Origin: an uncultured Acidimicrobiaceae bacterium
GTDB taxonomy: Bacteria; Actinomycetota; Acidimicrobiia; Spongiisociales; ZC4RG35
Reading direction: 5' to 3'
NCBI GenBank assembly: GCA_964388105.1
Contig: CAYLYQ010000008.1
Location: 1-56,728 of the forward strand
Length of the DNA stretch: 56,728 bases
The position numbers and the translations under genes are program-made. This document shows, piece after piece, positions 55,201-56,728 of this stretch (position 1 is the stretch's first letter; every line of letters starts with the position of its first letter). The notes below the pieces were generated by a model, which saw only the letters and a program-made list of their open reading frames with translations, was not told where the DNA came from and did not search any database.

Positions 55201-55763
55201 CGGAGGAAGGTGTCGTTCCCCCGGTCGTCGAAGCGATAGCGAGTCCGCAACGCGGGATCGTCTGACAAGGGGGGGAAACCGTCGTCGGCCCATTGTTTCC
55301 ATCCCCGTCGCACCATCGGGCCCCGAAGCCGGTATGGCCCGTAGACCCTGCGGTGGAGGGTGTACCCCTTCAGGCATCCTCTCGGGTTCCAGTGGGCAGT
55401 CGAGGAATTGCCCTGAGGGTCCCGGTAGTTTCCACCGTCGTAGTTCTGCTCGAGGCGGATGACGACGCCGTTGCGGGTGAAGGCGCGGAGCCGGCACATG
55501 TGGGTGTCGTTGGGAGCGCAGATCACGCTGAAGCTCCCGTCGTACGCGTACTGGTCGCGATAGATGTCTTCCCATCCGCGGTTCGGATAGGTCAAGAGAG
55601 GGTTATCGACTCCGGGGAATGCTTCGAGGGCGAAGAGCTCCAGGTCGAGGATGCCACTGAGCGCTGCCAGCCCGGCCCCTCCCGCCAGTTTGATGAACCG
55701 ACGACGCGTGATTCCCGACGCTTCTGCCACTCGATCCGCTGGCTGGATCTGCTCGGGGCCCAT
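52257..55763 (-). CDS. Tat-exported molybdopterin (bis-MGD) catalytic alpha subunit, type II DMSO-reductase family, substrate unknown
   Basis: Twin-arginine signal ITRRRFIKLAGGAGLAAL. N-terminal Fe-S motif CAPNDTHMC...NPRGC. About 1170 aa, NarG/EbdA-sized. ATG 55763 is preferred; TTG 55808 lies inside the upstream terminator hairpin. Confidence 0.85.
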   Translation of the reverse strand: MGPEQIQPADRVAEASGITRRRFIKLAGGAGLAALSGILDLELFALEAFPGVDNPLLTYPNRGWEDIYRDQYAYDGSFSVICAPNDTHMCRLRAFTRNGVVIRLEQNYDGGNYRDPQGNSSTAHWNPRGCLKGYTLHRRVYGPYRLRGPMVRRGWKQWADDGFPPLSDDPALRTRYRFDDRGNDTFLRLTWDEVDDYVARGLRAIADTYSGEEGRRRLLDRDGYEPEMLEFWEESGVRTMKFGSSLPVHGVAGKFGLFRFANMLALLDAAVRGVGPEEAVGARDWSEYTWRGDQAPGFPFVTGLQTSEVDFNDLRYSRLLIQVGKNLVENKMPESHWFHEIMERGGKIVSIVPEYGPQSTKSDYWIPVRAGLSDTAIFLYLAKELIESGGYDVDFVKRFTDLPLLIRLDTLTRLRADDVFAGHQPMLDPGAPSFALHGMTPEQYEVIGDRVVWDASGRVRPIHREHVGDRLLEAGIDPVVDWRGTVTLADGTEVEAATALNLYRDHLADYDLDTVADITGSPPDLLRQLLEDVATIRPMSIQVGEGVNHYFHATLHNRATYLVSMLTGQIGIPGAGVSTWAGNYKGGIFHAAPWFGPGVGGYVNENPFRPLMGENDTYDFADTHHYLHGEETSYWGYGDRPLVVDTPSEGRKVFTGRSHMPTPTKLLWYNNANLINQAKWAYHLIKHTNPKVDMIVDQQIEWTGSAEFADVILPANSWLEFETLEMGGSCSNPFLQLWKGGIEPIHDSRDDIAIFAGVARALTGLTGERRFADFFQFASEGRPEVYLDRVLKASFTTEGYTVEDIMGGRYGEPGGALMQYRTYPRIPFWEQIEDSLPFYTDTGRLNAYCDLPEAIDFGENLIVHREAVEATPYAPNVIVSTSPWIRPNDYGIDIDDMDADRRQVRNIKMPWSEVRRTTNPLFDQGYRYLCLTPKSRHSVHSSWAVTDWHWIWNSNFGDPQRTEKRMPGVGDAQLHLNPVDARGLGLENGDWVWIDANPADRPYVGASEDDPFYEAARLMARVSYNPSYPPGVTMIKHAFYMATPRTIAAAKQRPDGRALADTGYQSSFRHGSQQSLTRGWAPPLHQTDSLFHKRAAGMGFVFGFDVDNHAINTVPKETVVRITKAEAGGLGGNGVWSGATTGRSPGGEDRFMQNYLAGQIVTIKGARR

Positions 55764-55805
55764 TGAATTCGTAGCAAATCGGGCAGAACGCGTGCCAAAT
55801 AGGGC

Positions 55806-55846
55806 CAAAAGTCCCGAAGCTCAGACCAACCCTTCGAGACTTCGGG
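55806..55846 (-). terminator. candidate intrinsic terminator of the upstream minus-strand gene
   Basis: Stem CCCGAAG/CTTCGGG (55813-19 / 55840-46) with an extra 3-bp extension. On the minus strand it is followed by ACTTTTGG. Confidence 0.45.
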
Positions 55847-55855
55847 CGGTCCAGT

Positions 55856-56728
55856 TCAGGGGGCGTCGTGGATCTCGAAGTCCAAAGACCCGGCCTCCTG
55901 GCCGACGACGATCAGTCGTCCCTCCGACACGGCCGCGGTCGTGGCCCACGCCGGCAGTTCGAGGGACTCTGTGTGCCAACTGGATCCGTCCCAACGAAGG
56001 ATGCGAGTCGAAGGCGTGCCGGGTACCAGGACCAGCGCCTGGTCGCCGGTGACCAGGCGGGGCCCCGCGGTGATCCGGTATCCGTCGCCTGACTCGAGGA
56101 GTGTGTCCGGGGCCGAATCGGGGCCGTTCGAGGCGAGTATTCGTGCCTGGCCGGTGGACCCGTCGAACCAGACCACTTCGTCGCCGATTGCCACCGGGCC
56201 GGCGACCGGGCAGGCGTTGATCTCCCAGACCGGTGGTGACACTGCGACCGGGTCGGTGCCGGGATTGATCTGATACGGGTCTCGATAACCGTCGTCGGTC
56301 GTGTTCCGGAAGGTGACGGTGACCTGACCATTCCGGATCTGGATGTGGGACCGGCAGCAGCCGCACACGGTTGGAGTCTGGCTCTCGGTGAGGTTCGTCT
56401 CCAGGTGCTGGTCGCCGGACAGAGTGCCCATGTACAGCTCGGCGGGCTCTTCGGCGTTCTCGGGAGCGTCCCTCGGGTCGATCCAGACGGCGTGCAGGGT
56501 CTCCCCGTCGTATGCGATCACCGGGAGCACTTGCATCCCCCGAGGCTCGAGGTTTAGGCGGATGGGGTCGGAGAACGACGCGCTGCCGTCCTCGGAGGCG
56601 GCGGCGAAGACGTCCATGTCCAATGAGGTCCAGGAGATGCCGATCAGACCCTCCGGGCTCACGGCAATGGACGGCCGGAACTCGTCGAGCGGCACATCGG
56701 TGGCGTCGTCGGTGATGAGGACGGGCTC
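55856..56728 (-). CDS. hypothetical secreted beta-propeller-like protein, C-terminal part (gene runs off right edge)
   Basis: The frame stays open to the window edge (EPVLITDDATDVPLDEF...). It has repetitive beta-strand/Trp-Asp patterns (VWIDPRD, VVWFDGS, ILRWDGSSW) and a CGCC motif. No confident family. Confidence 0.5.
   Translation of the reverse strand, partial: EPVLITDDATDVPLDEFRPSIAVSPEGLIGISWTSLDMDVFAAASEDGSASFSDPIRLNLEPRGMQVLPVIAYDGETLHAVWIDPRDAPENAEEPAELYMGTLSGDQHLETNLTESQTPTVCGCCRSHIQIRNGQVTVTFRNTTDDGYRDPYQINPGTDPVAVSPPVWEINACPVAGPVAIGDEVVWFDGSTGQARILASNGPDSAPDTLLESGDGYRITAGPRLVTGDQALVLVPGTPSTRILRWDGSSWHTESLELPAWATTAAVSEGRLIVVGQEAGSLDFEIHDAP

Noticed and set aside
55806-55808. TTG at 55808 as the alpha-subunit start (ORF-track start)
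   Set aside because: It lies within the T-tract/hairpin of the upstream terminator-like structure. It would add 15 residues before an already complete Tat signal. It is kept only as an alternative.

Overview
High-GC Actinomycetota-type chromosomal segment. Hand-counted 60-nt lines give 65-72% GC in core genes. I can support about 60 genes. They are densely packed, with many 4-nt start/stop overlaps (ATGA/GTGA/TTGA). Region 1-20 kb is core genome. It holds a polar amino-acid ABC transporter, tRNA-Ala, a thiolase, and the conserved actinobacterial division cluster crgA / pknB-pbpA-rodA-pstP-fhaB-fhaA / tRNA-Leu. It also holds serS, a methyltransferase, an SRP (4.5S) RNA hidden under a spurious long ORF, an MFS transporter, tadA, and four tRNA-Ser genes covering all four anticodons. 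Region 20-24.6 kb holds a DUF885 protein and an OmpR/HK two-component pair. Region 24.6-36 kb looks accessory and is the most interesting part. It has a seven-gene translationally coupled NDP-heptose operon: GmhA, an HddC-GmhB fusion, a GalE-like SDR, two RmlC-like cupins, the GHMP kinase HddA and a SAF-domain NAD oxidoreductase. Next to it lie a divergent GMC oxidoreductase, a Wzx-like flippase fused to a GT2 glycosyltransferase, and two tandem paralogous secreted proteins with Pro/Ser/Thr/Asp repeat tails. Together these suggest a heptose-based glycan or protein-glycosylation system. Region 36-48 kb holds an APH-like kinase, fused SecDF, a SulP-STAS-cNMP transporter, MscL, and a membrane protein / amine oxidase / PlsC / MMPL group. 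Region 48-56 kb holds a Tat-exported type II DMSO-reductase-family molybdoenzyme operon in alpha, 83-aa unknown, beta, TorD-like delta, EB_dh-type gamma, polytopic membrane protein order. Its FS0 cluster motif is atypical and its substrate cannot be assigned. I saw no rRNA, CRISPR array, transposase, integrase or phage genes. All family calls come from motif recognition by eye. No database search was run.
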